Below, piece after piece: positions 1 through 15,269 of a stretch of 64,000 nt of DNA (position 1 is its first letter; each line of letters starts with the position of its first letter). The notes below the pieces were generated by a model. That model was given only the letters and a program-made list of their open reading frames with translations, was not told the DNA's origin and ran no database searches. The stretch lies in contig OZ024743.1 in the NCBI GenBank assembly GCA_964016885.1, positions 112,530,001 through 112,594,000 on the forward strand, read 5' to 3'. The DNA is from Eledone cirrhosa (lineage: Eukaryota). The position numbers were made by a program, and so were the translations under genes.

Positions 1-44
1 ATTTAGAGATGTTGATGGAAATGTGTTTGTAGACACCCAAAATA

Positions 45-154
45 CAGAGTATCCCCAAATAAATGTATACACACTTTGATTAACCTGTACAGGCAATATT
101 TATCAGAATGCTGTTGACTATTGAAGTGTATATACATGTTTGGGGGACAACCTG
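45..154. mobile_element. Short Tc1/mariner-type MITE with imperfect terminal inverted repeats and TA flanks
   Basis: TA-CAGAGTATCCCCAAATAAATGTATACACACTTT at the left end pairs imperfectly with AAGTGTATATACATGTTTGGGGGACAACCTG-TA at the right end; no coding capacity. Confidence 0.6.
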
Positions 155-234
155 TATATGTTGACTGATTTTATCTTTGACAAATAATATCATATTTGGC
201 GATATATTAGGAAAGTGAATAGTTGTTCGATCTC

Positions 235-545
235 CGTCAGTTGCGGCAATGGGTGATCTAGTTGTTCGAACAGTGGAACACTTTGCTCATGAATTTAACA
301 GGAAAGTGGTGTGACTGAGCATTTCACAGACTCATGCACCCTTAACATCGTTTTCAAGAGGATTCAACGCGACACAATATGTGAGAAATATGACCCTTTC
401 AACTACAAATACAACTATTTTTTGTCAACTGAGAGAACAGGATCAACGTGAAACTGTCTCGCTCAAAAACGTAATGCGCCGCCAAGAATCGGACTCAAAA
501 CCTTACAAAAATTAGCTGAGTACCCTAACCATGAAGATGGGCGCT
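235..545 (-). mobile_element. Degenerate tRNA-derived SINE (family B)
   Basis: The reverse strand has a tRNA-like head and a TTGAGC..GACA.TTTCACGTTG-like body resembling copies at 10308-10550, 11420-11552, 58964-59230 and 59416-59535. Confidence 0.5.
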
Positions 546-1500
546 GTCACATAAGTTAATGCTGGACTACATATGTTGCAGCATTGAGTTACTTCCTTTG
601 GTGTTGTGTTCTCACATTTCTCTTTACGTTATTTAGAGAGGCTGATATGTTGTCTGAATGGTATATTTATTTAATTTTATTTTATAAAGCGAGGCACTAA
701 GAAAGTAGTTTAGTGCTGAGTCTAAATATCTCATAGATTTGGGTTATTTCCCTTGACGACGTTCAGTGTTTTTACTGTTTCTACTGCTATAACCTTTGCC
801 GTGGAACATTTCGAAAGCGATGAAGTAACATGCTGAAGAGTCGATGTAATGTATATAATCGATTATAGCATCTCCAATAAAGATTGTGGAACTGTGCCTT
901 GATATTAACTACATATATGTATAGGCCTGTAACACCAGATGGTGTCGAAGTAGAGGTGTCGTTGAGTATTTAAGCTTGGCAGAGCCTAACCTGTCTCCCC
1001 AGATCCTGTCTCTCCAAATCCACAACCGATTCCTTCCAGAGATATAGAGAGAGTGCCAGAAAAGAATTGACAGAAAAATATGCATGATGATTTGATCCCA
1101 ATACTGGACTGATACATTTTAATCGACTTCAAAATTATGAAATTCAAAATTGATATCTGCAGAAGATAAAAAACCGGAACGAATAGCGAAAATCATTCTA
1201 TCAGACCTTCTAAGGGATAAAGTTAATTGGCCGTTTTATCTACATAATATTTCAAATTTCATATCTATTCTAAATTTAAATGCTTCTAAAACGATCTTTG
1301 ATTTTATATTTCGAAATTATGAGTAACATATGATATTCTTTTATAAAAAGAGATATTTTATCTATTATCAAATTAATAATAATTAAATGATAATCGAAAG
1401 TCATAATTTGCTGTTTACTGTACGTAACTTTCAACATATTGCTTCATACCACAACACATTCGAAGTTCTTTCTATATACATGCATGTGTGTATGCATGTA

Positions 1501-1552
<52 letters not shown>

Positions 1553-1608
1553 TATGTGTGTGTATGTGTATGTGTTTATAAATATACATCAATATACATA
1601 TACATATG

Positions 1609-1681
<73 letters not shown>

Positions 1682-3372
1682 TGGGTCGTGAAATATAAAA
1701 TTTGTAGGAATTTGTTTTTTTTTCAACAAATATCTACAAATTTCATACTTGACGACTCAATATATACACACTTGGGTCAGTATTCATGTGGCCTTTGTAC
1801 TGTTCAATTGTAACCAATTAAACCTAATAATATCTCTCAAAATTAAATCATAAGATACCAGCATACCAAATATCCTTCAGACTGTAGCCACCATTTTATT
1901 CACACGATAACATTTTAAACAATGCTATATATTATTTCTAATAGTAAGTAATAACAGTTAACATTTTGTCCAGTACATTCAAACAAATGAAATTTGTCTA
2001 TGATTGGTATATTTGTAAGATGTAACAAAACTTTCCATACGAAATCTGATATCTAATAATGTCAGTTATTTTCTCTGTTATAGAAGAACTCACACAGATT
2101 TCTTACGTAGTCAAAAAGCCAGGAACAAAAATGTAATCGGAGGAAGGAAATGGTTGATTCTATCGACACCAGTATATTACAGGTAATGTATTATATAGAG
2201 CCGAGGGTAGGAGAAAACGTGACAAATGCCACAAGGGGCATGTTATACGGGTATGTAACCCTTCTGTCTTTCTTAAGAATAAATATTATTAAAATATTCA
2301 ACATTTGTATAGAATAAACTTTATGGTGGCATCTCACTGTACACATGGGGTAGAACTTGAATATATACATACCGAATAAATCTACTTGGAAAACAGCCAC
2401 ATCCCAAAGACAATATTTAAGTTCTCAATAGAATTGCTAGAAATAACAGCCACATTTCTCTCAAATCGCGCTACACCGTGTAATGGAACGAAGCACATAT
2501 AAGTTGGTTGATGTAGTCTTAGATATACTACAGGGACGGGATGATTAAGGCTGGAACACCTTAGTTAAGAGATTATTACAATGATTGGCTGCCATTTAAT
2601 ATTAAATTTATTGACGTTGTTTTTTAAACTCCAAGTCAAGTCAAACCGAGTAGAACTATGATCAGATATGTTCTTGCAAAGAAAATCAGGTCTTTTGGTA
2701 AATCAGTGACTGCATTGTCCAATTTACCTTTATTTATATAAGACGGTTTGTATATTATTTGAGGATAACTTCAGTAGTAAATATTCTTAATCTTAAGTCT
2801 TTCTGGGACTTGAGCTGCACAAAGAAAACAGCGTCTGCCGGTACCTTCGATCTATCGTCGATCGTGCCTCACTTGTCATACCTAACAGTCGTTAGTCGAG
2901 ATTAAAAGAAGTGGGAAGATTAGGCGTTACTCTTTTGACCTAACACAGTAAAACACTATAACCGATGAATAAACATCAAGTAAATATTAAGCTTCTTAAA
3001 ATGTATGCCACAATTTCCATTACCACATGAAGCATTTCAGTTCAGATTCATCCTTGGATCTGCTATTTTGAGACGTAGTCAGTATTCCAGTGCAGAATAG
3101 ATTTAAACATAGTTGAATTGTACATGATATAAAACGTGATGATTAAACCTACATATGTGATACAAATTTTAAATTGACGGACAACTGAAAAACCTGCCAA
3201 TGTACATGGGAGATTCCATATATGCATCCATAAATATAGATCAATACCCACATATGTGTGTATGCCTGTGTTTACGTCTGCTATGCCATGTGCCATTACC
3301 TCCTAATGGAAACGTAGGGGCATTGGCGTTATTCTTAGGTATTCTTCCAGATCTTTAATTCTTTCATTGTGA

Positions 3373-3912
3373 ATTGGCAGAATCGGTAGAGGGTCGGACA
3401 TGCTTTCCAGCATAGTGACGTTCCTTTACGATCTGAGTTCAAATCCGGCCGACGTTAACTTTGCCTTTCATCCTTACGGGGTCGATAAAATAAAGTACCA
3501 GTGATGTACTGGGTAATTGCTGGCCTTGTGCCAAAAATAGAAACAATTATTATGTTCAAATCTCGCCGAGGTTAACTTTGCCTTTCATCCTTACGGGGTC
3601 GATAAAATAAAGTACAAGTAATACACTGGGATAATTTCTAGCCTTGTGTCAAAAGTAGAAATACTTATTATTTTATTATTTTATTTCTCTTTTATTTTAT
3701 TTTATTTTATTTCTCTTATAGCGGTGGATTAGCAGTATCGGTAGAGGGGCGGACGCCATGCCCTGCAGCAAAGAGTTATGGCCCTTTATGGTCTGAGTTT
3801 AAATCCCGCCGATGTTAACTTTGCCTTTCATCCTTACGGGGTCGATAAAATAAAGTACCAGTAATACACTGGATTAATTGCTGGCCTTGTGCTAAAAGAA
3901 GAAACAGTTATT
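3373..3912 (+). mobile_element. Tandem cluster of three family A SINE copies (full, 5'-truncated, full)
   Basis: GAGTTCAAATCC(C)GCCGA.GTTAACTTTGCCTTTCATCCTTACGGGGTCGATAAAATAAAGTAC occurs three times; A-box-like TGGCAGAATCGG and B-box-like GAGTTCAAATCC; ATTATT-type tails. Confidence 0.85.
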
Positions 3913-4206
3913 CTTAGGTATTTAAACTTGGTGCAAACATTCTCTTATCAGATCAGAAATCAGCCGATTTCTTCCAGCAAACTAGAAAGGAAGAGAGAGG
4001 GAGAGTGAAGTGAGAAAGAAATATAGAAAAATCGAATCCAGTATTGAACTAGCACTTTATTTATCGGAAGCATAAAAGGGAAATTTCTCCTGAGTAGTAT
4101 CTAAATTCAGAGTCTACTGAACGAATAACGCAATGGCATTCTGTTCTATACCCTACCGATTGTCATTTCCTCGCCTATATGTTTTCGCATACACACGATT
4201 ATTTAT

Positions 4207-5110
<904 letters not shown>

Positions 5111-5426
5111 TTTATGTGTTTGCTCAATAATTGCCGGTGTACCACACATTTATATCTGCTCTATACTAAGAAGAGTAACAAAGACAGAGATAAAGTGTAG
5201 AGAGCGAGGGGGCCGGAAAGGGGGAGAAACGGAAGTGTTTGCGGGAGACCTAGAAATTAGAAATCACATGATAAACGTTGATGAAATTGTAGATATATGA
5301 GTTGTAGATATTTCTAATCCAAAGACAATAACACGTCCTAAACCTTATGTCAATAGACAAAGCAATCAATTGAATAAACATCAGATATTCTGGCCATGTG
5401 CTTCGAATTGTTGTTATAACTACTCT

Positions 5427-5995
5427 TGATGATACTGGTTTGGGTGATGTTGGTGATGATGGTGGTGGTGGTGTGGATGAGGGATATTGGTGATAGTGGG
5501 GATTTTGGTGATGCTGATGGTGGTGATGGTGTTGATGAGTGTGTGATGAAGATGGTGTTGTTGATGTTAATGATGATGATGATGATGATGATGATGATAG
5601 TGGTGGTGGGGATGAAATTTGGGATGATGATTATGAAGCTGTCGTTGATGGGCGTATAGATGATGGTGATGATGGCGTTGTTGTTGTTGTTGTTGTTGTT
5701 GAAGTGGCGATGAAAATGTTGATGGTGAGGATGATAGTGGTGATGGAGATTTTGATGGGAGTACAGATGATGGTGATGATGATGTTGTTGTTGTTGTTGA
5801 AGTGGCGATGAAAATGTTGATGGTGAGGATGATAGTGGTGATGGAGATTTTGATGGGAGTACAGATGATGGTGATGATGATGATGTTGTTGTTGTTGAAG
5901 TGGCGATGAAAATGTTGATAGCGATGATGATAGTGGTTGTATTGGTGATGTTTGTTGTGATAATGGTTATGATATTGATGATGATAATAATAATA
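5427..5995. repeat. (GAT/GGT/GTT)n low-complexity tract with about 2.5 copies of a ~98-bp unit
   Basis: GAAGTGGCGATGAAAATGTTGAT recurs at about 5701, 5799 and 5897. Confidence 0.8.
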
Positions 5996-6379
5996 TAATC
6001 AATATTTTCATCATGGCCGTTGCTGTAATTATTAGGATAGAGCGAAGCTGAGGATTAGCAGAATCGTTAGTGTCCGGCTAAATTATTTGCTGCATTTGTT
6101 CCAACGCTATTACATTCTGAGTTCAAATCTCGCCTAGGACAAATTTGCCTTTCATTCTTTCGGAAATAGGTAGTAGATTTTGCTGTCAAGGATTGGCACA
6201 TTATAACCCCCTCTCCGCCCAAACTGACAGAATTAGAAACCATTAAGATAACTAATTAGTTGTCTAAATATATCTACGTCCGTTTTGAACACCAGTGTTC
6301 TTGTTTTTGATCTTGTCATTAACGTGCAAATAGCTGAGCATTCCATAGAGATGCGTACCCTCAACTTAACGAATGCCAA

Positions 6380-6760
6380 AACTACGAAAAACCAACAACA
6401 AAAAAAGTGGTACACACAAACAAACCAAACAAGGTGTCAGAAAATGACGAATCAAACATACTTTGGGGTATGCCTATACACAAGGGCAGGGGAGATCAAA
6501 GCCAATCAACTGGATAATATAGTCAAAGACCACAAAGAAAAAAGCGACTTCTAATTGATGTATCAACCCCCACATATGACAATATATCTGCCAAGTAAAT
6601 TGAGAAATGATCTAGATATAACTATCTAGAGATGGAAATAAGCGGAATGAGGATGATGGAAATAGAAACAATACATGTAATAATAGGTGTTTCTAGAAAT
6701 AATTTTAAAAAATACACTGATAAATACATAACCAAATTCCAAGACTCAAAATTATATACA
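6380..6760 (+). pseudogene. Degenerate R4/Dong-like non-LTR retrotransposon, RLE domain fragment
   Basis: Broken translation EIKANQLDNIVKDHKEK..FLIDVSTPTYDNISAK*IEK*SRY..LEMEISGM..ETIHVIIG matches the RPD-(D/E)..P..K..KY pattern of RLE domains; stops and frameshifts present. Confidence 0.65.
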
Positions 6761-6764
6761 GTAC

Positions 6765-7030
6765 CTTTTTCTCTCCATCTATTTGCATCCATCTTCAAAT
6801 GTTGGTATTGTTTTGTTCCTATGCAATCTTCTATTTTGCACAGACCTCGCTTCCTTACTTCCAGTAACCACGATTCTGTAGAAATTTTTTTATGTACCAC
6901 AACATTTTATTTTCTTCTGTTCTAATGCTGTCTTCGCAACCCATCAGTGTTCTTCCTGCTCTTTTTTTTTGTATATATAAACTGTCTGTGTCACTCTTTG
7001 GGTAACATACCCCACAACTAGTCAATATCT
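6765..7030 (-). pseudogene. Degenerate R4/Dong-like LINE fragment (region after the RT domain)
   Basis: Minus-strand remnants GRTLMGCEDSIRTEENK..STESWLLEVRK resemble the GGRGL...ED....EE segment that follows RT in R4-clade elements. Confidence 0.45.
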
Positions 7031-7085
7031 AGTCAATGTCTTTCGGTCTAAACTATTTAGCTCTTCCACTCAATTCACCCACCTT

Positions 7086-8150
7086 TTAGAAAATGTACTG
7101 GGAGTTAGCACTTCTCTCTCCACCCTCATCTTTCTTTCCTTGTGAAAATTGAAGAAACTGATGAGCGAATGGCCGAAGAGAAAAGTGTCTGTCTTCAGTC
7201 CTTTCAACCTGGTCCATCACACAATACCTTTCGCTACGCCCACCAGACAGAGGATAACTACCTGCCCTTCCCGGCCAAAAGAAGGCGACGGGGAAGTTTT
7301 CATTTTGCACATGGTCGAGAGCCGTATCAGTCCTACACGCGAAAATAGCAGTTCGATATTATTCCACAAGTCAGTAATGCACGGACACCGGACGTGCGCG
7401 TACAGAACGGTTTCGTCGCTCTGCGCGCATCTCAGGCAGATCCGTCTAACAGTACTTCCGTGCCTATAGAGTTTATCTTGAACTTGCAGTGACCCCGGTA
7501 GCATTGCCAAGTGAGGGTTTTGTGGAGGTTATCCATAGTCTCTGCCCAGAAGGTCCTCCGAAACAGACGGTTTAGTTCGAATTTGTCGACGCCCAGCGCC
7601 TCTCCAAAAGCGGCGTCGCTTTTTGCCGCTACTAAACTTCTATAGAACTTAGTAATGGAATTTCCACTGACCGCATTGCCCGCCTGGTAGAGAGAAGTAA
7701 GCGCCTGACAACATTCCAGATGCCTGGCGCCCAGTGGCAGTCTCTATTCAAGCCAGCACAGTAGCTAAATCAAAGAGATGAGCCGAGGAAAGGCCTGTCT
7801 CACAAACAACGACCACAGCTTTTCGTTGTTTAAGAATATCTGAAACTGCCCTAGTTTCAGCGCGTGCTTGCACATCACCAGCCACGGTATGCCCAGTCCT
7901 CCGCTTAGAAGGTGCTAGCAGCAGATGGACCACCTCATCAAAGGAACCTGTCAACTCCACAAGAATTTGAAGAAGAGCCGCTCCAATTTGGCGAGGCGTG
8001 AACGTGGGCAAGGCACGACATTTAGGTGCTAGTAGATAACGGACGCGATGTACGCGTTCGCCACCTCCGCCCGTCCATTTCTGGGTGAGGATCCAAACTG
8101 CAATCACACCAACTTTTCCGGTTTCAATTTTGCTCCCGTCAACCTTTCAA
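7086..8150 (-). pseudogene. Old, degraded relative of the Tx1-like ORF2 (3' part)
   Basis: Minus-strand fragments LQVQDKLYRHGSTVRRICLRCAQSDETVLYAHVRCP..DLW..IELLFSRVGLIRL and AVWILTQKW align by eye to the C-terminal third of the intact ORF2s; many frameshifts. Confidence 0.85.
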
Positions 8151-8379
8151 ATTCTTCTAGGAATGATAACACTACAATGTGACTGGGACAGATTGTATCT
8201 ATCACGATAGATAGAAGAAAGAGGTCGCATTAGCTAAAATATGTGTGAGGTCGTATGAAATTAATCTAGCATGGTAGGTAAAGAATTCATAAGAGAGAGA
8301 TTGATGGCAGGAGTAAGAAAGATAAAAGTCATAAGCAGTGATGAATCAAAGAATTTAAACAAAACAGACAGAATGCGCC

Positions 8380-9345
8380 ATTGAATAGATGATAGGAGAA
8401 AACTGTATGGTAAATTCTTGTGACAGTTGACAAAGATACAAAACTGGGAATGTACAAGGACAAGCGACTTAAAAGTTGAATGTGAAGGCCTTATTTTCGC
8501 AGCCCTAAAAAAGGCACTGAGGACGAACTATATCGAGTTCAATATTGACAAGCCTGTGAATTCTCCACTTTGTAGATTGTTGGAGAAAGGTGAAACAATA
8601 ACCCACATTATTAGGGAATCCCGCCGAGGCTAACTTTGCCTTTCATCCTTACGAGGTCGATAAAATAGAGTACCAGTAATGCACTGGGATAATTGCAGGC
8701 CTTGTCCCAAAAGTAGAAACAATTATTAGAGAATGTAAGATGCTTGCCCAGAAAGAGTACAAGAGAAGGCACGATAACATTGAAAACTCTGACATAAGTA
8801 TGACATGATCAGAAGTAAAAGATGATATCAACACCAACCGGAAAGGGTGGCTGAACATGAACAATATAAGATAGTGTGAGACATAACCATCCAGTGCTAG
8901 AGAAGCTGATATTGTTGTAGAAAAGCAGAATAACAAGGCATGTATTGTGGATTGTTTTACCGTAGGAACACAGGGTGAATGACAAGAAAAGTGAAAAAGT
9001 TGAGAAATGCCAGGAGCTGAAGAGAGAAATCAGGAAACTATGGGGTATCATTCATGTTGAAATGGCAGCGATTGTAGTTGGCGCATTTGAAACAGTTAGG
9101 AAAATGTTAGATATATTGATTGAGAAACTAGAAATTACTATCAGGCCGGGATTGTTGTAGAAGACAGCCTTGTTAGAAACAGCAAGGATTCTAAGGATGA
9201 GGTTGAAGGAGAGAGAATGACCCAAAGGATCTTTGGCCATTGGCTATGGCTCGCTCTTTGGTACAGTGTCGGCATAACATCTGCCAGATTAAAAGCGTTA
9301 AAAATTATAATAATAATGATAATAATAGTGTTATTATTATTATTT
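8380..9345 (+). pseudogene. 3' fragment of an R4/Dong-like LINE (CCHC plus RLE) with an (ATA)n tail, interrupted by a SINE
   Basis: SDLKVECEGLIFAA..ALRTNYI..SPLCRL..GETITHII-[SINE]-ECKMLAQKEYKRRHDN ... KSEKVEKCQELKREIRKLW..IVVGAF..KTALLETARILRM; AT-trinucleotide tail at about 9304-9343. Confidence 0.8.
8615..8729 (+). mobile_element. 5'-truncated family A SINE inserted in the LINE zinc finger
   Basis: Family A body flanked by direct repeat ATTATTAG (8607-8614 and 8722-8729). Confidence 0.85.
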
Positions 9346-11419
9346 CCTAATGTCGACAATTGATTAGTTTTCATTCGCCGAATGTCCTCTATTTCGGTAT
9401 TACACTGCAGTACATATGACATTTTACTCGATACTATTTAAATAATTAATATATCTGTTAATTAACTGGATAATGGGATATAGGAATGTGTTATCTTAGG
9501 GGATTTACTATTAATTTATTGTGTAATAATTTCAGTATTAGCAATGCTAATTTGAACATATTTTCTTCTCTAACCACCAGCGATAACTCCATACAAAGCA
9601 ACTTTCATTCATTTTCAGATAAAAGCTGGGGAACTCGAATGAGATATATCACCAATTTTGTACAATTTAGTACAGATATCAGTGTTAGTAATCTGAATAT
9701 CTAACATCTGACATTTTAACACAGTTGTCTAGTATCTTCTACATTTGCTGTGCATTCCGATATATATCGTCCAATTACGAATTATGAATTATTTTCCACG
9801 TTTTCAGCAATTTGTCGATCTAAGTACATGATGCCAGTATCTATCAGTAATGATATCAACATCTATAGTTCATGATATTGATATGCATAGTTCATGGTAT
9901 CATCAACAGTTCATGATGTTGGCTTATATGCTCCATAATTCTGATATCAACATTTAAAGATATCAGAATTTATAGTTTATGCTATAACCATGTATAATTT
10001 CTGATATACATAGTACATTGTGTCCTAGCGGACACCGTTCTTGGGCATTTAGATTCTAGTAGATTCCATCTGTCTCCCGGCTGGAACACAACCAATTTCT
10101 TCCAGGCAGTAATGTTAGGGAGGGGGAAAGTCGGATATATCGACCCCAGTGGTAAACTGGTACTTTATATATCACAGTCGAAAGAACAAAAGATAAAGTT
10201 GACCCGGTGGGTTTTGATCTCATAGTGAATTGAGCCGAGGCACTTTTAATACGATGATCGGACGACTCTGACTTAGGAATGTTTTACATATATTACAACG
10301 ACTTATGAAGGCGTGTGCCTTAGTTGTAGGGGTGGTGCGTTGTGTCCTTGATTTACTCCACTCAGCTGGCAAATATCAGATCTTCTTGTAATATAATGGA
10401 ACAATCTTGTCAAAAATTGTATCAGACTGATTTTTCTTTAAAAACTATGCTAGTTGTGCACGTGTTTCTGGAATGCAAAATCACTTACATGTTAATTTCA
10501 CGAGTAAACTGTTCCCTTGATGGAATCAACTGGAGCACGTGTCATGGAAAATGAAGGAGGTTCAACAACAACAAATATCGATTTGAACATCTAAGCCATA
10601 ATTATAATATTAATTCCTTTCATTTCATTGTTTAGCAGAAGGAGGTGAGCATAGCGCCCAAGTTATTTCTAGACACACCCAGACTGAAAAAGTTGTTAAC
10701 TATGATGTTAAGCCTGAACATCTCTATGTCAACGTCGATAAGAAATATGTGAATAGTGTATTTATTGCGGGTTGGATACCGTGTTTAAGTGAGATTCATG
10801 ATAGTTTGAGTACAAATAACACGGACCATGCTGATTGAAATACTTAGAAATATTCACATTTGCAAGTTTGAATATGTAGAAAGAAGGATTATATACTGAC
10901 CGCAGACAATGACAGTGCTCCAGCATGGGCCCAGCCTCTCGACTGGAACACGTAATAGAGTAATAGAGTAATATGTAGAATAGATGTTATTGCATGTAGA
11001 GATTGTTCGTTGTCAGCAATCCAGATGCCATTCTATGAAGTGTCATATGACAACTTACATGTGTGTGACAGCAGAACCGTTGCAAAGACGTGAAAAGGTC
11101 CCTATTTTGAGTCATACTTCATCTTTGTTCTGTACTGATTAACTAATCAGTAATGAATTAAATCTAACTTTAAAATATATGTCTAATCTCTGAAATCCGG
11201 GTTTAACAATGTTATACAGGTGGGGTTGAAATGAGATATCTTTACATATTGTGAAACTTAACATCTGTTGTAACTTCATAGCTGTGTGTTGTTCATTCAT
11301 TGCCCTGATAGATTGACAAGATCCCAGACCCCATTCGCTTGCCGAGTGGGGTGAACCTCGTTAAATAGGACCAAGGAAACAATCTTTCCATTAGTTGTTT
11401 TTTTTTTCATTCCTGACGC

Positions 11420-11552
11420 TACTCCTGGCAGAAGGAGCAACATGAAATAAAGTGTCTTGCTTAAAGACACAACGCATCACCTGGTCCGAGAATTGAACTC
11501 GAAACCTCACGATTGCGAATCCAACTCTCTAACCACTAAGCCCCGCACCTTC
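11420..11552 (-). mobile_element. Family B tRNA-derived SINE, 5' part
   Basis: Reverse strand reads AAGGTGCGGGGCTTAGTGGTTAGAGAGTTGG..GAGTTCAATTCTCGGACCAGGTGATGCGTTGTGTCTTTAAGCAAGACACTTTATTTCATGTTGCTCC, similar to 59416-59535. Confidence 0.75.
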
Positions 11553-12672
11553 ACATATGTTCATTCATAGTGAAATAGAACTGCGAGGATGTGTCATTGG
11601 CGTGAATTATGAGTGTATTTTTGTGTGGTTGAAAGAGACTGCATTGATAGATTATTATTAAAAAGATGTTTTCGAAACCTCAGTTCAATAGAACGTGAAG
11701 GCTGAATGTATATGAGTAGCCCCATTTAGTTTCAGATGGGGGAAAAAAAGGTGATTAGACTTAGCGGTGTGTGGTGAGTTCTGACAGTATATGCTTAGAT
11801 GGATTGGTACAACAGGAAAATTCCTATCGATGAGATAACAGTCGAATGGAACAAATATTTCAGAAGACAATTATTGAATGAATAAGAAACATCACGGAAT
11901 CTAAAGATGTTACAGTATATTTGTGTGTATGGACGTGTAAATCCTAGTGCTGTCATAGAAACGCCGAGGAGCCGTATGACATGTCTTAGACATTTAAAAC
12001 TTGGCATATCCCTTATTCCTCCAAGGGTGAACACTGCTGATTTCCTCCAGAGAAGGAGAAAGTGCGACAGAGAATATGAGGAAAGAGATTTAGGGGATGA
12101 ATCAACCACAGTACTGCACTGGTAACGTTTTTACCGACCTCGAAATAGTGAAAGATATAATTGACATCGACGTGGTTTGGACCACTGAGAGCTTGAATGA
12201 ATACCTTGAAACATTTTATCCGAACTACTCTGCCAATTCACCAGTTACCTGTTATATATAACAAGCAATAAATGTACGGTCTAAACTCCAGTACTCATCA
12301 GTTCATGCCACCATAGCAGAAATTAGAAATCAATCTGTCGTGTGAGTTTTAACGGATGTTGTCATATTGTATCATTGACTGTGAAATTGCTAAATATTAT
12401 ATTTTGCCTACAGACGAAATTGTAAGCAGAAGATGAATTTCGGAATATTTTCACTGTATTACTATTATTTCCTTTAAGAATGCCAAACTGTCCACTTGTC
12501 GAAGTTATTTCTTCGTTCAAGATATGTCAAATTGCTGATTTCCGTTTCTTACTATAAAAATATTTTTTTTCCTTTCAGAAAATCCACATGCCAGGCAACT
12601 ATTGGATTAGCAGAATCATTATTGCATTGGACAATATATATATATATAAAGAGAGAGAGAGAGAGAGGGGGA

Positions 12673-12723
<51 letters not shown>

Positions 12724-12729
<6 letters not shown>

Positions 12730-13005
12730 AATCGAAAATGCAACTGGAGTCTTATTTTTTTTTAAATATATATATTTATTTGGTTCCTTTACCGGTTTCG
12801 CAGTTCTTCTGCTTTTCATAAGTAGAGTTGAGATGGAGGGTCTGTGGTTTTTCTCATAGATGTGAGAAAAACCACAGACCCTCCATCTCAACAATACTTT
12901 TTGAATATATTTTGAAAAGCTGAAGAACTGCGAAACCGGTAAAGGAACCATATATATATATATATATTTTTAAATAAGACTCAAGTTGCATTTTCGATTT
13001 CATCT
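12724..13005. repeat. ~280-bp near-perfect palindrome with degenerate hammerhead motifs in both arms (probable Penelope-derived remnant)
   Basis: Arms AGATGAAATCGAAAATGCAACT...GAGATGGAGGGTCTGTGGTTTTTCTCA and its reverse complement; GCAG-AAGAA-CTGC-GAAACCGGTA motif. Confidence 0.85.
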
Positions 13006-13071
13006 TTTTTTCTTTATACTTTCACTCGTGTAGGACACCTCGGTTATTTTCATTTTGTAAAAAAAACTCAC

Positions 13072-13150
<79 letters not shown>

Positions 13151-13304
13151 ATATAGAAATGGCTCCTGCGGAATTAGAACTGTTTCATTTGAAGGATGTA
13201 TTGTACTGCTATGTATTGAGTACCTTACTTACTGTGGTTAGCCCCAATGAACTCGGGATACACACACATATGTCTATATATATATATATTTGTATGCGGG
13301 GTGG

Positions 13305-13341
<37 letters not shown>

Positions 13342-14344
13342 TGTGTGAGTCTATGTATATATATATAATCATGGTCAATTTCAATTCCCGTCTCACAAAT
13401 GTCCTTCACAAGGTATTGGAAATCACAGGCTTAAAGTAGTAGACTCTAGTCCAAGATGTCACGGAGTGGAAGTAAGCTAAATCTCCCGTAGATGCGAAGC
13501 TAACAACATAAGCGCACAACTATGTTAAACTTAACTTTCCAAGGAATTCGCATTTAATATACTTAGGTCCATCATTTTGTCAAAAGAATTATTGATCACC
13601 ATAATTTATGAGTTTTGTTATCAGTAAATCCATCTAAACTTTAGATTCTAAAGGATGTTAGATTCGAATTTGAAGGGAGCTTGAATTCTTCATTCACGCG
13701 TATGTAATAGACATTCCTACTAATGGGGGAATTAGGTTTTCCTATTGTGTGGTACCTATATCAATGTAGGTAGATTCAGACATTTAAAATTATATTCTTC
13801 ATTTTCTACAGGCGCAAAAAGTGCTTTGCATCTGACAAAATACGATCCAATTGCTCGATAGATGATGTGGGAGATTGCATACATTGTCATAAATATAAGT
13901 TGCTCACAGGAGCTTCGTTTATATTATGGCTAGGGTAGATAAAAGTGTTCCTGAGTGCAGTAGAGGAGTAATGTATGAGATGGCGTACGTCATTAATTTC
14001 ATTTTGAGTTCAAATTCCGTTTACTTCATTTTCAATTTGTATTTATATTTCGTGGATTGACAGTGGTTCTGGATCAATATAATCTATAATCCGATCCCCT
14101 ATAATTTGTGATCGTGTTAGAAATTATTTTTATTATCAACCATTTGCGTGTTCATCCTATTTTTTTGTCGGGCAACAATATAGAAGGAAAATATATATGG
14201 TTGGACATAGGAGGAAATTGTGATTTCATGCTTACATTTTCTGTTGTGACAGGGATCAAAACATCTATTTTCACTGAATCCACCATTATACACTATTCCA
14301 CACACACACTCTCTTTATTTATTTCTCTATTACTCTCCCTCCTT

Positions 14345-14404
<60 letters not shown>

Positions 14405-14782
14405 TATATATATATATATATATATATCTGTGTGTGTGTGTGTGTGTGTGTTTATATATATATATATCACTCACTCTTATTCCGCCCTCTTCTTTATCTA
14501 CATCTCTCACTGTCTTTGCCACCACCAGCATTTTTATTCTGTGAAATAGAGCTGACACCTAAATATCTATTTCGGGGAAAACATTTACCATTGTGCTGAT
14601 GCTAAAGAAGAAAATCAAATATCTATTTTAATGAAATCAATTATCATACTTCTTTTGTTCGACAAAGAGTAAGAAAAAAAGGATAAAAAATATATTCCTA
14701 TTTTAGGATAATCCATTATCAGTTTCTTTGATGTTAGAGATCGAGGATTATATATGCATTTATATATATCTATATATCTATA

Positions 14783-14982
<200 letters not shown>

Positions 14983-15007
14983 CATAAATGTATATATATT
15001 CATGTAC

Positions 15008-15048
<41 letters not shown>

Positions 15049-15124
15049 TACATATGTACATGCATATATATACATTTATGTGTGTGTGTGAGAGAGCATA
15101 TTTATGTACGCACATATGTATATA

Positions 15125-15155
<31 letters not shown>

Positions 15156-15269
15156 GTAGATGTATGTATATATAGGGAGAGAGGGGACGTGACAGAGAGA
15201 CAGAGCGAGAGATCACGAGTGAAATCGGGGGTAGCCATAGTTAAAAAGGTACTCATTACATTAGTATAA

